A stretch of 47,537 bases of DNA from a virus (Duplodnaviria > Caudoviricetes): the IMG/VR virus record IMGVR_UViG_3300017700_000726, positions 1 to 47,537 of that record. One strand, 5' to 3'. The notes beneath the pieces are model-generated. The model did no database searches. It saw nothing but the letters and a program-made list of their open reading frames with translations, and was not told the DNA's origin. The translations under genes were made by a program, and so were the position numbers. Shown piece by piece: positions 17,481 to 26,492 of this stretch. Within the stretch, counting starts at the first letter, position 1. Each line of letters starts with the position of its first letter.

Positions 17481-19641
17481 CTTTTTCCTTAGTCATATCG
17501 TGGTTAGCTTTAATAGCTGTTTGCATCAGGGACAAAGCCCCCAAAATCCCATCTTGGTGCGTTTTGGCTGCACCGATCTGGGCGTTAATGGCAGCGAGTT
17601 GATGGCCGATATCGACACCTTCAGCTTGCGCCAATTCCAATGTGGCTTTCGCCGACAATTCTTCAATTTTGGCTTGGTTGAGCAGGGCCTGGACCTGCAA
17701 GTTCGCGATAGCGAGCTGCATTTCGCCCTGCATTTTCGCGTTTGCGAGTTCCAGCTTCTTCATTTCCAGTTCCATCTTGGCGTCAACTGGTGGAGGCATG
17801 GCCAGCGGGCCAGAAGGATCAGGGTAGATAACGTCGATGTTCGGAACATCATAAGCTTCCAGGAAGTTTTTCTCCACTTCGTAGCGATTGTAGCCGCTGG
17901 TGCTGTTCGCGGCGTCACGCAGTAACATTGCCTGTTGCTGGCGCTGGGTTTCGCTCGCCATCGCAGGGTTTGCGGACGGCCGCACGGAGAACTTCCCTTT
18001 CTGGTAGTCGTCGCGGGCGATCATTGCGCCTTCACCAGACACGAGGTTGAAGTACTCGACGTTGTCTTCCAGGAACAGACGGTTGAGTTCGACGTATTTC
18101 TTCAACTCGCGGCGGAAGGCCCGATGCTGGCGGCCGTAGATGCCCGAGAAGATCTTCATTCCTTGCTCGACGGTGTTGCGGCTGGTTTCCGCAGGGGTGT
18201 TCTGGCCAGGGCTTACGCCGGACATGATGTCTGTGCTGCCGCTGATGCGCTCGCTGTACGAAACGAGCATTCCGAGCAGTTGGAACAGCACATTGGAAGG
18301 TGCCTGCACCGGCAGCGGCACGATGTTCTTCCGGAGGTCGTCGCCGGTGCTGTCGACAGGCTTCCATTCGAACGGGGCAAAGCCACTGCTGCCGCCTTTC
18401 ATCTTGACGCCGCGTCCCAGGAAGCCACCGGCAGTATTCTGCATGGTGCCATTGTCGATGAGCTGGTTCACGAGGCTGTCGACCGCAGCATTCATCGGAC
18501 CAAGCAGGGCGCCGAGGCCCAGGTCGTAGAAACCGCCGTCAGGACTTGGGATGAACGGGATTTTGGTGAAGTATTTCAGCGGCTCAATACGCAGGATGTA
18601 GTTATCCGACGCCTCTTGGAGCTTCTTGATTTCCGACTTGTAGCGAGCGAGGACTTCCGGCACGTCCCCTGCTTCGAGCATGTCGTTTTCCAGGCCGCGC
18701 ACCAGCGAATCGTTCTTGCGGAAGACGTCGCCCTTGTCGTAGAAGCGCGCAACGAGGCGCAGGACCTGGCCGGTTTCAGCGGTGACGTAAGCCACGTATG
18801 GTTCCTGGTAGCCGTCGCCATCGAGGTCCAGCCACAGGTGCTGTTCCAGCACACAGGTGATGCCGAGGGTTTCGTCAGCCGGAGCGGAGAGTCCCTGGAT
18901 TTCATCCTGGACTTGCTGCAGCTCGCTCGTGACAGGAAGGTCTTGCCGTTCGCAGTCCACTTCCAGGAACACGCCTTGACGTTCACGTTCCTTGAGCATG
19001 TTCGGGGTCATGTCAAGTTCATGCGTGACGCGATTGGCTTTGTCGATGTCCTTGGTGTAGTAGTCGACTACCAGTTTCGCGGCGGGTACGTGTGGCGACT
19101 GGTTGCGGCCACCGACGGAATCGAAGAAAGTTTTCTTGAAAGCGCAGCCGACAATGCTCGAAGCGAACTTCGCCTTCTCATCGTCGTCCAACCAGGAATC
19201 GTCGTCTTCCAGGAGCTGGAAGCTCAAGTGGGATTGGATGCGCTGTGCACGCTTGTATTCGCCGCCGGAAGGGTCCAGGCCCAGAACGTCGCACTTGGCG
19301 ATCTGCCGGCCCTTGGTCAGGATGGCAACCCGCGACAGGAATTGTAGGCAGGCAATCGTAACCAGCGGGAATTTGATATTGGAGCAGCCTGCCCACGGGA
19401 AGCTCTTTGCTTCGGTGACTTGCAGCGCCAGCTTGATGCCCTCAGCATTTTTCTTTTCCCATTCGCTGCGCGACGCACGGTCAGTGCGATAGCCTTCAAC
19501 GACTTGTGCGCCGAGCACGTCCAGGTAATCCTGCGGGAGTTCCTTTGCGATGTTCGGCGAGTCCAGCAGCGTAGCGAACTTCAGCTTCGGCGTTTTAACC
19601 GCGCTTCCGGTTTCGTTGTTTTCGTTCACATTATGTGCCAT
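17455..19641 (-). CDS. Portal protein
   Basis: 728 aa after TerL; KSFPWAGCSNIKFPL motif and C-terminal coiled-coil barrel. Confidence 0.85.
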   Translation of the reverse strand: MAHNVNENNETGSAVKTPKLKFATLLDSPNIAKELPQDYLDVLGAQVVEGYRTDRASRSEWEKKNAEGIKLALQVTEAKSFPWAGCSNIKFPLVTIACLQFLSRVAILTKGRQIAKCDVLGLDPSGGEYKRAQRIQSHLSFQLLEDDDSWLDDDEKAKFASSIVGCAFKKTFFDSVGGRNQSPHVPAAKLVVDYYTKDIDKANRVTHELDMTPNMLKERERQGVFLEVDCERQDLPVTSELQQVQDEIQGLSAPADETLGITCVLEQHLWLDLDGDGYQEPYVAYVTAETGQVLRLVARFYDKGDVFRKNDSLVRGLENDMLEAGDVPEVLARYKSEIKKLQEASDNYILRIEPLKYFTKIPFIPSPDGGFYDLGLGALLGPMNAAVDSLVNQLIDNGTMQNTAGGFLGRGVKMKGGSSGFAPFEWKPVDSTGDDLRKNIVPLPVQAPSNVLFQLLGMLVSYSERISGSTDIMSGVSPGQNTPAETSRNTVEQGMKIFSGIYGRQHRAFRRELKKYVELNRLFLEDNVEYFNLVSGEGAMIARDDYQKGKFSVRPSANPAMASETQRQQQAMLLRDAANSTSGYNRYEVEKNFLEAYDVPNIDVIYPDPSGPLAMPPPVDAKMELEMKKLELANAKMQGEMQLAIANLQVQALLNQAKIEELSAKATLELAQAEGVDIGHQLAAINAQIGAAKTHQDGILGALSLMQTAIKANHDMTKEKDDKPTAKT

Positions 19642-19655
19642 GGAAGTTCCTTCGG

Positions 19656-21122
19656 CTAGTAGCCAGTGTGTTTGTTGCGGCCGGAATTCTCAGGCTTGTC
19701 GCGGCGACGGGAGTAGAGCTCTTCCTCGGAGGCGAAGTCGTCTTCGTCCAGGATCTTCGCCATTTCCAGCCCCCGTGAGAGCAGCGCCGTGGAATCAAAC
19801 TGATCGTCCAGCACCGCATCGGAGTCACCAGTGAAGCGCAAGAGTTCCGCTTCGTACCCGGCGTACCATGTACCTTGCTTGTTGAAGCGGCAAGCTCCTG
19901 CTTTCATTCGCTTCTGAAAGCTGCGACCGTTGGTTTTCTTGTCGTTGATCGGGAGGATGGCCTGGATGTTCAGGTAGACATCACGCTTGAGCATCTCCGC
20001 GTTGAGTACCGGCGACACCGCTTTCCAGATGATGCCGTCCTCAACGATGAACAGTTCCGGTTCATAGCGAGCCTGGAGGTCGAACATTTCTTCGATGATT
20101 TCCAGCAGGTCCCAGCGGCCGACGTGTTGATCCTCGATGTGCAGGAGGTTGCCCGCGCACTGCCCGCCGACTGTCATCGAGGTCCGGTTCGCCTTTTGCT
20201 TTTTGCTGATCGCGAAGTCGATGCCCACGTTGAGCTTTTTTGGCAGCTGCTTCTCGTCGTCGTTCTGCTCGATGAAGTCGTCCTTGCGCAGGTACGCCTC
20301 GCTGTTATCGAAGGGGTCGTTCAGGTATTCTTGCGAGTAGCCGGAGCTGTCGAACTGCTCGATGAAGGACTGACGGATGCCGCGCAGGCGTTCTTCCGAG
20401 AACTGCTCTGGCCATAAGATGTCAGTGAAGTCATCGAACCCAGCATGTGCGCGATAGAACTGCGTGTGCCAGGTCTTGTCTTTCATCAAGCGGGCTAGAA
20501 GGGAGTCCTCGTGCAGGATGGTCCCATGTATCCGCAGCCGTCCGCCCTTACGTAAGGCAGGCTTGAGAGCGCGATAAAACCAGCGTCGAAATTTGTTACG
20601 ACGTTCGATGTTCTCAACCTGTTCATCATCTTCCAGATCGTCACAGACAATGAGACCCGGCCGCTTACCACGCCACTTACGTCCACGCATTTTCTGGCCA
20701 GATCCGCGTGCCAGAATCCGACACTGGTGCCCATCCTTGAATTCCACAATGATGTCGGTCTTGGCACAAGTGAGGAACCCTTTAATCTGAAAATCTTCGA
20801 TAAGGTCTTCATTGTCTGATAGCTCCCGCGTGATGTCGCCTAGCAGCTCGATGGCCATTTCCTCATTGGAGCTGACCAGAATAACGTACTCTTCACTCCG
20901 AAACAGGATTTCCGCCAAGATGTAATCCGTCGTCAGCGCAGTTGTCTTGGCATGCCCGCGCGGGGCAGCAACCCCGCATTGCAGCAACGGCTGACAGTAC
21001 AGCCCCCAGCAATCCCGGTGGAACTGAGGCGTCGGCTGCGCATCATCGTACTGCGGCGAGATGTAGTGAGCAGCGAAGCCTTCGAGCAGCTCCGGCGTGA
21101 TCTTTGTCTGCTTCAGTGTCAT
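19656..21122 (-). CDS. terL: Terminase large subunit
   Basis: Walker A APRGHAKT, Walker B LIVCDDLE, nuclease motifs VGIDFA and DDQFDS. Confidence 0.93.
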   Translation of the reverse strand: MTLKQTKITPELLEGFAAHYISPQYDDAQPTPQFHRDCWGLYCQPLLQCGVAAPRGHAKTTALTTDYILAEILFRSEEYVILVSSNEEMAIELLGDITRELSDNEDLIEDFQIKGFLTCAKTDIIVEFKDGHQCRILARGSGQKMRGRKWRGKRPGLIVCDDLEDDEQVENIERRNKFRRWFYRALKPALRKGGRLRIHGTILHEDSLLARLMKDKTWHTQFYRAHAGFDDFTDILWPEQFSEERLRGIRQSFIEQFDSSGYSQEYLNDPFDNSEAYLRKDDFIEQNDDEKQLPKKLNVGIDFAISKKQKANRTSMTVGGQCAGNLLHIEDQHVGRWDLLEIIEEMFDLQARYEPELFIVEDGIIWKAVSPVLNAEMLKRDVYLNIQAILPINDKKTNGRSFQKRMKAGACRFNKQGTWYAGYEAELLRFTGDSDAVLDDQFDSTALLSRGLEMAKILDEDDFASEEELYSRRRDKPENSGRNKHTGY

Positions 21123-21757
21123 TGCGGAATCTCGTTGAGGGTAGCTTCGATTGTCCAGTCACGTGCCGGTTCCGTAGCAACGATCTGCTTCGGAGTGGAC
21201 AAGCGAGCCGCTAGCTGGTCAAGCGTTGGCGGAGCTTCCGGCGGTGGAGGCAGTGCCCCTGGAGTACCCATGCCAAGCGCCTTGACCCCAGCGGTAATCG
21301 CTTTGATAATCAAGTCCTCGCTCGCCTTCGGATCGTTCAGTCGCTCTTGCAGCACTACGAGGGACTGCACCGTCATTGACCGGAACATATCCTGCATCGT
21401 GCCGGTGAGCATTGGATTCGAACACTCACTGCGGCGCGGATCGAGTGCTTTCTGGAACCGATCGCTTACGAGCACCCCGGCGAACCACGAAGCCTTGTAT
21501 CCGAAGTGCGCGGCGAATTGTTCGTGGGTGTACTCTGGGTGGTCGATCACGAGCTGCACCATCGCATCGGGGTGGTAGACTGGTTTGCGCGGTGTCATAG
21601 CCTTTGCAGCTGCCTTCGACACGAACAACGGGGAAGCATCCGGCGTATCCGGCGTCAGGCATACCGGTGCCATGACGAGTTCCTCCAGCAGCTTCTCCGC
21701 CCGGTGCTCATCAATCATACGCTGTGCAGCTTCCGACAGCAGGTTCTTTTCAGCCAT
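21119..21757 (-). CDS. Terminase small subunit-like HTH protein, paralogue 2
   Basis: Overlaps the terL start; HTH-like THEQFAAHFGYKASWF; similar to the upstream gene. Confidence 0.55.
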   Translation of the reverse strand: MAEKNLLSEAAQRMIDEHRAEKLLEELVMAPVCLTPDTPDASPLFVSKAAAKAMTPRKPVYHPDAMVQLVIDHPEYTHEQFAAHFGYKASWFAGVLVSDRFQKALDPRRSECSNPMLTGTMQDMFRSMTVQSLVVLQERLNDPKASEDLIIKAITAGVKALGMGTPGALPPPPEAPPTLDQLAARLSTPKQIVATEPARDWTIEATLNEIPQ

Positions 21758-21769
21758 GGCTTTACCCCG

Positions 21770-22132
21770 TTACCGCTTCGGAGGATTGAGCACGCCCAAG
21801 CCCGCTGCCGCCACGCCGAGACTCGCCAGCGCCAAGTCGGCATTCGCCTCGGAAGAGTTCAGCCGGGACTGGATGTGATCCATCGACTGCGCCACAACCG
21901 CTTCCAGCCGCGCGTTCAACTTCTTCTTCACGTCCGGGTCCAGCAGCTCTTGCCGACGCTCGGCCAAGCGAGCCTGGAAGCTGTCGCTGTTAATCAGCCT
22001 GGACATCCAGCCCGGCGTGTAGCCAAAGCGTTTGCACAGCTCCAGCTGCGTCACGGTCGGCTCTGCAATCATATCGTTAATAATGCACTCGTGGATATGG
22101 TGAACCTTGTCAATTTTCTGTGCGCCTGCCAT
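21770..22132 (-). CDS. Terminase small subunit-like HTH protein, paralogue 1
   Basis: Start reassigned to ATG 22132 (AGGAG RBS; MAGAQKIDK); HTH-like TQLELCKRFGYTPGWM. Confidence 0.55.
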   Translation of the reverse strand: MAGAQKIDKVHHIHECIINDMIAEPTVTQLELCKRFGYTPGWMSRLINSDSFQARLAERRQELLDPDVKKKLNARLEAVVAQSMDHIQSRLNSSEANADLALASLGVAAAGLGVLNPPKR

Positions 22133-22296
22133 GATGGAAGCTCCTGCTAGTTGCGATGGGATGCACTGAGATTCCTTTGGACTGCAATTAACAGCAACAC
22201 GTGAACTGGGAACTGTTACAGCATACTGCAATCGGCTCAGTAATGTTAACGGGTAAAAGCCATTCGCTCTCCACGACTTGCTGTTCCTTATAGCTA

Positions 22297-22338
22297 GTTC
22301 TGTGCGCGCGTTACGCCGGAGTAATGTGAGGGTGGAAT
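22297..22338. repeat. 42-bp dispersed palindrome, copy 8
   Basis: GTTCTGTGCGCGCGTTAC-GCCGGA-GTAATGTGAGGGTGGAAT. Confidence 0.92.
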
Positions 22339-22443
22339 AGCTATAACTGAGAGGGGAGCGAGTGGTCAAAAAGACAACACTCTTGTGGAAATTTTGAAAA
22401 AATCTGGGGAGATGCATTACGTCTATATCAGCGCCCAGTGTTT

Positions 22444-22501
22444 CCCCCTCCCCCACCTCCCACATGCTCCCTTCCCCGGGCGCCCCCCCCCCCCCCCCCC
22501 C
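22444..22501. repeat. C-rich tract ending in a 19-C homopolymer
   Basis: Several CCC+ runs, then C19 at 22483-22501. Confidence 0.8.
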
Positions 22502-22522
22502 TCGCTGCGGGCAGCGCTCACA

Positions 22523-22940
22523 CTATCGATTCCCTGGCCCGCGATAGCCGCACTCTATCGCACGACCGTGCTGGGGCATTTGACATAAAAGGGGTTATGC
22601 GAACGGGGCGGCGCGTGTGGGCAATGCTGATAGGCAATAGCTATGAGGCAAAATGCTATCGATTCCGAGAGTTGATAGGGTAGCTCGGCTATCGATTGTG
22701 CCGGATTGATAGCATTGACTTAGTTGCGAGTTGTATGTTAGTCGCGTGTGGGCGGGCGCGCGCAGTGTTAGATAGGCAACTTTAGTGCATCACGTCACCC
22801 CTCCCCTCGTGACTATCATCCCCCCCGCTCTGATAGCCATTCCCTAATGGTAGCCCGTAGCTCAGCCGCGCCGGGTTTACCCATTTCGTTATCACTCTGA
22901 CAACACGGACTGTCCAGGTGGTCGAGCCATGCCCCGATAG
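22523..22940. repeat. Cluster of 12 GATAG/CTATC pentamers (iteron-like)
   Basis: Hand-counted at 22523, 22543, 22555, 22629, 22656, 22674, 22689, 22708, 22771, 22813, 22832 and 22936. Confidence 0.7.
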
Positions 22941-23183
22941 CCCCACGCTACCATCCTGGCAATGCCCATAGTTTTTAACTCATGTATAAGACTGCCCCTC
23001 ACTCTTATATAAGACTCAGTGGCTCTAGCAATAACCATGCCTGAAAAGGGGAAAACTCCGCCATGGCACGAACGCCGAGGCGCTGGTATGTTCCTATCAA
23101 CCGGGGGCTGCGTGGCGTGGTGAGCCATCCAAACCGGTTCGAATGGGATAGGGGATTTTCGGTAGCCTGGAGCATGCCGGGGA

Positions 23184-23225
23184 GTTCGGCGCGCACATTA
23201 CAATGGAGTAACGTGAGGGTAAAAC
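23184..23225. repeat. 42-bp dispersed palindrome, copy 9
   Basis: GTTCGGCGCGCACATTAC-AATGGA-GTAACGTGAGGGTAAAAC. Confidence 0.9.
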
Positions 23226-23246
23226 ATGCCCATGCCCTAGGCGCTG

Positions 23247-23576
23247 ATGACAATGCACAACACGATTGAAAATAATTCCCCTGACGGGATTGTTATGGCC
23301 CATAATGAATTCCTCGAACAAAACAACGTTCCAACCCGAGCCGGAGTCAGCGCCATGTCCCGTACTGTTTTTGCCCTTTTGCCTCAAGGTGCCGCTTTTT
23401 GTTTTATCGGTAATCCTATCCCCTTCACCAAGGACAGTAACTTTGTCGCTCGGGGATATCAGGCAGGTGGCTCGTTCATCGTGAGTGCCATTGAGACGGA
23501 ATTCTCTACAGTAGCTTTAGTAGATGAACTGGAACGCGTAGATGTAACGCAACCGCTGATGTTCAAGCGGGGCTAA
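23247..23576 (+). CDS. Hypothetical early protein
   Basis: First plausible ORF of the plus arm; start uncertain. Confidence 0.5.
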   Translation: MTMHNTIENNSPDGIVMAHNEFLEQNNVPTRAGVSAMSRTVFALLPQGAAFCFIGNPIPFTKDSNFVARGYQAGGSFIVSAIETEFSTVALVDELERVDVTQPLMFKRG

Positions 23577-23670
23577 CATGGCACTCCTTCTCATCGCCAT
23601 CGCCGTAACCGGCTACATCCTCAGCCGTCCAATCGTTCGTCTTATTAACCGTTAATTAGGAGCTATTACC

Positions 23671-24135
23671 ATGCCACTCTCGAAAGAATCCCAGCGTCAA
23701 GTCGAAATCGGCCACATGATCCGTGCGCCGCGTCACTACCACGCAACCGAATGCATTTTCGACCACATCGCCGCATGCGGGCCGCAGGAACTCTACGCGC
23801 TCTACGCCAATTGCTCGACACAATGCACTACCATGTCGTTTGACGAAACCCTGCCTATCGGCGCGCATCACAACGCCACGAACGGGGCAATCCATACCCT
23901 CGCCAAGGCCGGTATCATCGACGTAGATGACGGCGCCTACGACCTGACCGACTATGGCTATGAACTCGTTGCCGGACATTCCGAACGTCAACGCGAATAC
24001 GAAGCCTACAAACGCGCCCACAGCAATTTTGATTCCATGGGCACCGGGGCGTTTGATGTTCCTAACCCATACCTGAGCGGTTCCTCTCAATGGGCCGTAT
24101 ATCGCGAAACTTTGGCGATTTGTATTCGCGGTTAG
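23671..24135 (+). CDS. Hypothetical early protein (possible winged helix)
   Basis: AGGAG RBS; IHTLAKAGII..DDGAYDLTDYG resembles a wHTH wing. Confidence 0.7.
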   Translation: MPLSKESQRQVEIGHMIRAPRHYHATECIFDHIAACGPQELYALYANCSTQCTTMSFDETLPIGAHHNATNGAIHTLAKAGIIDVDDGAYDLTDYGYELVAGHSERQREYEAYKRAHSNFDSMGTGAFDVPNPYLSGSSQWAVYRETLAICIRG

Positions 24136-24153
24136 ACTCTCACCGTTAGCCAG

Positions 24154-24169
24154 TGTTTCACGTGAAACA
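24154..24169. promoter_or_regulatory. parS: parS site (canonical chromosomal ParB-binding palindrome)
   Basis: Exact TGTTTCACGTGAAACA, intergenic, nested in a further CGTTAGCC/GGCTAACG inverted repeat. Confidence 0.85.
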
Positions 24170-24219
24170 TGAGGCTAACGGGGCGAATCCTGCCTACCAC
24201 TAACCATTAGGAGCACCAA

Positions 24220-24432
24220 ATGAAAATGACCAAACGTGAAGCGCGAGCCATCCTCGCATGCCAAAAGACCATCGAAAAAGCACTCGATGTGTGCCTCGAA
24301 AAGCTGGGCAACGATGAGAGCGACTATGCCACCTCCTATTGGATGGCCCATATCCGGGATTCCATCGGCGGCAGCGCATACGGTTCGATGCCAATTGGTG
24401 CGGCCCATGACCTGATTAACCCGGATAATTAG
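24220..24432 (+). CDS. Hypothetical early protein
   Basis: AGGAG RBS, 70 aa. Confidence 0.7.
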   Translation: MKMTKREARAILACQKTIEKALDVCLEKLGNDESDYATSYWMAHIRDSIGGSAYGSMPIGAAHDLINPDN

Positions 24433-24519
24433 AGCGTCACTCATAGCCAGCGCCTAACGCGTGGGGCTATGGGGGAAATTCTTCCCACAACCGTAACAAC
24501 AACTCTAAGAGGCTCAATC

Positions 24520-25185
24520 ATGGCAACCGCACAAAACAAAAAACTCGCAACGGCTGTAGCAGCCACTATCGCCGGTCCTATCCTCACGCTCACATTCTCC
24601 AATGGCATGGCGCTGACCGTTGACGCTAACGCGCTCACGCCGGACATCCAACAACAGGCTATGATGCACGGCCTCAAACAAAAGTTGATCGATGCGGCGG
24701 CAATCGCCCGCGATCCTGAAACCGGGCGCACCGCAACCATCGACGACAAATACAATGCCGTGTTCGAAGTGTACAATCGCATCACCCTGCCCGAAGGTTC
24801 CACATGGAACAAGTCCCGCACCAATGGCGAAAGCACCGGCAACAAGGGCGGCCTGTTGGCTCGCGCAATGATGCGCATCACCTCCAAATCGCGGGCTGAA
24901 ATCACGGCGTTCCTCGATGCAAAAACAAAAGAGGAAATCGCCGCCCTGCGCAAAAACCCGCGTATTGCCGAAGTCATTGCGCAACTCCAAGTGGAAACGG
25001 CCAATACGAGTGGCGTAGATAGCGATGCATTGCTCGATGGCCTGATGAGCGGTGGCGGCATGGATGTCCAGGACGGTGACAACGAGGACAACAACGAACC
25101 GGACGACGAAACGCCGCCGCCAGCCGCTCCTATTACCGACAAACCAAAGCGCGGTGGCAAAGGCAACGGCGCGGCCAAGGCCTAA
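24520..25185 (+). CDS. Hypothetical protein, paralogue of 29297..29914
   Basis: Start reassigned to ATG 24520 (GAGG RBS); shared HG..QKL.D, WN..R, LA.A...T.KS.A.I..FL, ALR.NP and DSDALL motifs. Confidence 0.8.
   Translation: MATAQNKKLATAVAATIAGPILTLTFSNGMALTVDANALTPDIQQQAMMHGLKQKLIDAAAIARDPETGRTATIDDKYNAVFEVYNRITLPEGSTWNKSRTNGESTGNKGGLLARAMMRITSKSRAEITAFLDAKTKEEIAALRKNPRIAEVIAQLQVETANTSGVDSDALLDGLMSGGGMDVQDGDNEDNNEPDDETPPPAAPITDKPKRGGKGNGAAKA
24796..24811. promoter_or_regulatory. parS-like site inside a CDS
   Basis: GGTTCCACATGGAACA, near match to TGTTYCACGTGRAACA; partly explained by Trp-Asn codons. Confidence 0.4.
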
Positions 25186-25196
25186 CCCTAGCCGGG

Positions 25197-25238
25197 GTTC
25201 CATGCGCACGTTACTCCACTGTAACGTGCGCATGGAAC
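25197..25238. repeat. 42-bp dispersed palindrome, copy 10 (perfect arms)
   Basis: GTTCCATGCGCACGTTAC-TCCACT-GTAACGTGCGCATGGAAC. Confidence 0.95.
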
Positions 25239-25273
25239 TCTCTCCCACTCTCTCAGCTATCGGAGTCTCAATC

Positions 25274-25558
25274 ATGCCCAAGGCCATTCTGAAATCACCC
25301 TACGCGCCGGATGTTGAAATCCCCGGCTTCCCGCTCGCAATCGTGCCTCACCCCATTGTCAGCCCCATGCACATTGAAACCCTCATGCGCGTGTTCCGGG
25401 GCGCATGCGAGCAGGGCAACATGCCGCTAGCCAATGACACGTTTGTCACGTTGCGCGCCGCTATCAATGAGTACGCCCTGCATCATTTTACGGCCGTTGC
25501 CGACCACATGAAGGCCGCAATCGTGATGCTCGACAACCCGCCTTCCGAGGAGTCCTAA
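25274..25558 (+). CDS. Hypothetical protein
   Basis: Start reassigned to ATG 25274 (GGAG RBS). Confidence 0.65.
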   Translation: MPKAILKSPYAPDVEIPGFPLAIVPHPIVSPMHIETLMRVFRGACEQGNMPLANDTFVTLRAAINEYALHHFTAVADHMKAAIVMLDNPPSEES

Positions 25559-25560
25559 CC

Positions 25561-25776
25561 ATGCCCCGCATACCCTACAATAGCGATGGCATCGCGCGCG
25601 GCACCTGGACCCCAAACGGTTTGTGCATCCGCAATGCGCAGGGCCGTCCGACCATCGCCCACGCGCGGCAACTCGGGCGAAGCTTCGGCACATACCGTGC
25701 GGCGCGGTATTTGAAAGCACGTGGCTGGTCTATCGAGGCCGCGCTGCACATCCTCACCAATCCGGCTAACCGCTAA
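25561..25776 (+). CDS. Hypothetical basic protein
   Basis: GAGGAG RBS, 71 aa. Confidence 0.7.
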   Translation: MPRIPYNSDGIARGTWTPNGLCIRNAQGRPTIAHARQLGRSFGTYRAARYLKARGWSIEAALHILTNPANR

Positions 25777-25795
25777 ACGTAACGCATCCGGCCAG

Positions 25796-25811
25796 TGTTT
25801 CACGTGAAACA
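25796..25811. promoter_or_regulatory. parS: parS site (canonical chromosomal ParB-binding palindrome)
   Basis: Exact TGTTTCACGTGAAACA, intergenic; shares upstream GCCAG with the 24154 copy. Confidence 0.85.
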
Positions 25812-25843
25812 CTCCGACCACCCCCTATAGGAGCTTCCCTATC

Positions 25844-26062
25844 ATGCCTACCCCACATGTTCGCTACCAGATCAAACAAATCGATGGCAATTGCACAGCA
25901 ATCAAATTCGACAAGCTTGGCTTGCCCGCCTCGGATAGTTCCATACCAGTTGTTTATGTCTACAATCAGCGCGTAGACGCTGCCGCAGCACTCGCAATTA
26001 TTATGGCTCTTCTATCGCATGATTTCACCGCCAGCGTAGAAACCGACCTCTTTTGTCACTAG
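25844..26062 (+). CDS. Hypothetical protein
   Basis: AGGAG RBS, 72 aa. Confidence 0.65.
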   Translation: MPTPHVRYQIKQIDGNCTAIKFDKLGLPASDSSIPVVYVYNQRVDAAAALAIIMALLSHDFTASVETDLFCH

Positions 26063-26073
26063 GAGTTGTTATC

Positions 26074-26472
26074 ATGACCACAGCAAAAATTCTCAGCACC
26101 ACATTGCTTTTGTTGTGGTCAGCTCTCGTCTCGGCGCAGCCTCTCCCGGAGCTCCCCCGCATCACCAGCGATTGGTCCGACTCCGACACAACCCGGCAAA
26201 CCTACTTAACCCTGTCGCTCTACGCGGACTACGCGCAAACCCGCAGCATTCGCAAAACCCCCGGCTTGTGGGAAACCAATCCCATTTTGGGGTTACACCC
26301 CTCGGACAAGCAAGTTGCCGTCTATTTCATCGGCTCAGCCCTAACCTCCTATGGCATCGCGCGCGCACTCCCAGCTGGCTGGCCGCGCCAATCCTTCCAA
26401 TACGGCGTGATCGCGCTCCAGCTCGCTGTCATCGTACACAACAAACGCATCGGAATGAGCTTCCGCTACTAA
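26074..26472 (+). CDS. Exported/membrane protein
   Basis: Signal-peptide-like N-terminus (..LLLLWSALVSA-Q), ETNPILG motif, hydrophobic segments. Confidence 0.65.
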   Translation: MTTAKILSTTLLLLWSALVSAQPLPELPRITSDWSDSDTTRQTYLTLSLYADYAQTRSIRKTPGLWETNPILGLHPSDKQVAVYFIGSALTSYGIARALPAGWPRQSFQYGVIALQLAVIVHNKRIGMSFRY

Positions 26473-26492
26473 CTCTATGAAAGACTCTAGCC

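Noticed and set aside
17935-19347. Long opposite-strand ORFs (e.g. 17935..19347, 12515..13657, 13531..14577, 38296..39564, 43612..44646)
   Set aside because: They are antisense shadows of well-supported genes in GC-rich DNA and show no recognisable motifs.
22133-22465. N-terminal extension of ORF 21770..22465
   Set aside because: It runs through palindrome 8 and low-complexity DNA; a good RBS supports the ATG at 22132.
25197-25238. Palindromes as dif/Xer or integron attC sites
   Set aside because: They share a 6-bp spacer and GTGCGCA with the XerC arm, but lack the XerD arm and the ATAA/TTAT core; they are shorter than attC and have no extrahelical bases; no tyrosine recombinase was recognised.
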